From Macrostomum lignano (taxonomy: Eukaryota): DNA of 64,000 bases. A program made the position numbers and the translations under genes. The notes under the pieces are model-generated. The model worked only from the letters and a program-made list of their open reading frames with translations. It was not told where the DNA came from and did not search any database. Shown here piece by piece: positions 62,101 through 64,000 of this stretch (within the stretch, counting starts at the first letter, position 1; every line of letters starts with the position of its first letter). The stretch lies in assembly GCA_002269645.1 (NCBI GenBank), contig NIVC01000292.1, positions 124,001 through 188,000 on the forward strand, read 5' to 3'.

Positions 62101-62445
62101 ACAAAATCGTTGGGCACTACTACAAGTAAACGTCGCAATAAACGAATGGAAAAGTTTAGTTGAAACGGTGAAACTGAAGGGTTGAATGACTATGGAGAAC
62201 AGCAGTCCAACGGCCCTTTTCGGGACCACCTTAAACTGACAACGTCACAATGAGCTTGCATTTATTTCGATGTCTTTGGTATCTCTATTAGATATTAATT
62301 TGATATTAACTATTAGCGGGGAGCTACTCATGAACGCGGGCGGGCGGGCGGGCTCGGGGCGCGGGGCCTGGCTCCTCGGCGCGGCGCTCGGCGCGGCGCT
62401 CGGCTCGGCGCTCGGCTCGGCGCTTATCATTGACTTTGGTTGCTG
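56168..62445 (-). CDS. Candidate exons of an unidentified minus-strand gene (about 62445-62328, 57469-57403, 56248-56168; possibly further exons near 63631-63760 and beyond)
   Basis: Good acceptor and donor sites around 57469-57403 (RRETPEEEAEGELIAKVQAAAR|GTGAGT) and a strong acceptor at 56249 (GRLQLPNY...*). Phases are compatible with an upstream RRAERRAERRAE exon. No family recognised. Confidence 0.3.
58609..58790. repeat. 47-nt tandem repeat x4 overlapping the PBS
   Basis: Unit GACTTAGTTGCGAGCCGGCAGTGCTGAGTAGGAGTCTCGGTGGTGCT. Confidence 0.9.
58782..58801 (-). promoter_or_regulatory. Primer-binding site complementary to the tRNA-Gln 3' end
   Basis: Plus-strand GAGTCTCGGTGGGACCTCCA matches the known eukaryotic tRNA-Gln 3' end (…TCTCGGTGGGACCT+CCA). 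It lies 6 nt from the LTR end. Confidence 0.8.
60190..60655. repeat. GC-rich GCGCCAAGGCAGAGGATGGCGCTAC-type tandem repeat inside the LTR element
   Basis: Tandem degenerate units. Confidence 0.88.
61295..61585. repeat. 81-nt tandem repeat (about 3.5 copies) inside the LTR element
   Basis: 27-aa periodicity in the overlapping ORF (PRARRKTTSCGTCQPQVSAAPVDRKFT). Confidence 0.9.
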
Positions 62446-64000
62446 CTTGGTTTCAGGAAGATTAGCGGATCATTGTCTGAGCGCGAATACACATCAAACA
62501 GGAATCTAATGCAGGAGTGCAATAGCACAGAAACCAAGAAAACTCAGCAATTGAGAAGGTCGAATATGAGCTCGGTTGAGGCAGAGAAAGAAAAAATGAA
62601 CACACTGTGACTGCAGTCTCGTGAATAAGTTTTGTTCTTGAAAATCTCAGCGATAATACGCTCGTAATATTAATAATTGATGTAACCGCCCTTGTCGCCT
62701 GTCCGCTTCGCTGGGAGACGAACGCATGACCAGAGGGGGCAATGACCGTAGGCTGCCTATGACCGGGCAATGACCTGACGGACCTCCAGCACCAGACTGT
62801 CCCGCCCACATGATTGATAGCTTTGGTAGCGCTTTCGTGACCAGAGGGCCAAGGACCCACATGGACCCCGCCTGTAGCCAAGGTGCAATAGTTGGTCACT
62901 CGGCCATAGCATGACCGAGTGGCTGCCACCACTCTATGTGACCTGGCGCACCTGGATCTTACTACCAGACCTCTCGAGGCTAGAGCCCCGCCTGGATTGG
63001 TTACCAGGAGATTTAGGCTAACATGCAGGGGATCAGACGCATGCAGCCGAGTACAGGGACTCTGCTTGGGGCATGATCGGGAACTCTGGGCTCAATCTGG
63101 AGGATTTCTCAGCAGGGGATCCTTTGTGGCTGTGATCGAGGCTGACTTGCGGTTTCAATTACTAAGAGTAGGGTGAGGCGAACATGTACTGTCTACAGTT
63201 TAGATTGCTCAGGGCGAAGGGACGCGTCAGCATGGGGTTGCAACCTTCCTACTGCCATTCTGTGCCAAGACTCGCTAATCCCTCTACTGCATGCACACAC
63301 GGCCCCGCAGCACGCACACACAGGCGGGCTTTGCACGGGGAGAGGCCATTAGCTTACCCGAACTTCCTTATGTCTTGCCACCCTGGGAGAAAGGCTTAGC
63401 AAGCCATGAATGAAATGATGGTGAACAGGTGAATAATGATGAGTTTAGTAATAGTTAACGATTAGGCCATTAGGCAAGATAATCAGGCAAATTAAGCGGC
63501 TTCACTATTGAATATAATACAGCAAAAGGTATGGTATCACAATTGGCTCAGCTCTCTAATTAAGCAATGGAAAAATAGGCGAACCCGGACAAGCAAGGCA
63601 ATAAGAGCACAAATCAGTAACAGGAACTTACCGGCAGCTGCACAGAAAAGAGAGCGATGGAGTGACCGACGACGGCTGTTGGCTGCAGACAGGCAGACAG
63701 TGAAGCGGCGATGCGCTGGAGCGACGAGGCGCTGATGTAGTTCAGGCGATGCTGAAGATGCTGGGCGGTATCAGACCGCTGGCCGGCAGATGAGCTCACT
63801 TGGGGAGCTGAAAGGAACTTGGCGGTATCAGACCGCTGGCCGGCAGATGAGCTCACTTGGGGAGCTGAAAGGAACTTGGCGGTAACAGACCGCGGACCGG
63901 CAGATGTTCGTCCTATGGACGAATAGGTCAGAGCAGCGTCTGACAGCAAGTCCAAAGTAAGACAAGGACGGAGGAGTTTGAGGATTCTCATGCCGAAAAC

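Larger units (their letters stand above)
57524..62249 (-). mobile_element. Non-autonomous composite LTR retroelement with 4-bp TSD ATGA: half-LTR A (61901-62249), full LTR AB (58808-59681), half-LTR B (57524-58050)
   Basis: ATGA at 57520-57523 and 62250-62253. TG...CA ends. The 349-bp and 527-bp direct repeats look identical between copies. PPT GGAAGGGAGGCGGG at 59682-59695(-) and PBS at 58782-58801(-). No pol ORF. Confidence 0.8.

Noticed and set aside
57524-62249. Repeat offsets are exactly 1284 and 2568 (twice 1284)
   Set aside because: No internal periodicity supports it, so I treat it as coincidence.

Overview
Eukaryotic (metazoan) genomic DNA with GC-rich exons and introns filled with micro- and minisatellites. 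The style resembles the flatworm Macrostomum lignano, but that is inference. Genes supported by reading splice sites and frames: an intronless SLC16/MCT transporter (-); a 17-exon HFM1/Mer3 meiotic helicase (+) whose first intron is a U12-type AT-AC intron, with a nested acidic ORF in intron 8 and a Q/N/G-rich repeat tail; a 9-exon DOCK1/2/5-type Rac GEF (+) whose 5' 5.6 kb appears twice around an N gap (most likely an assembly overlap) and which has one probable 1-nt sequencing frameshift; an intronless TCF25; and a 2-exon gene for a 59-aa secreted peptide that is absent from the ORF track. Mobile DNA includes a hAT MITE with an 8-bp TSD, other MITE-like palindromes and two tRNA-derived SINE families. 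There is also a 4.7-kb non-coding LTR insertion (4-bp TSD ATGA) with an unusual layout: a half LTR at each end, and one complete LTR in the middle flanked by a PPT and a tRNA-Gln PBS. Most long ORFs in the supplied track are artefacts of tandem repeats.
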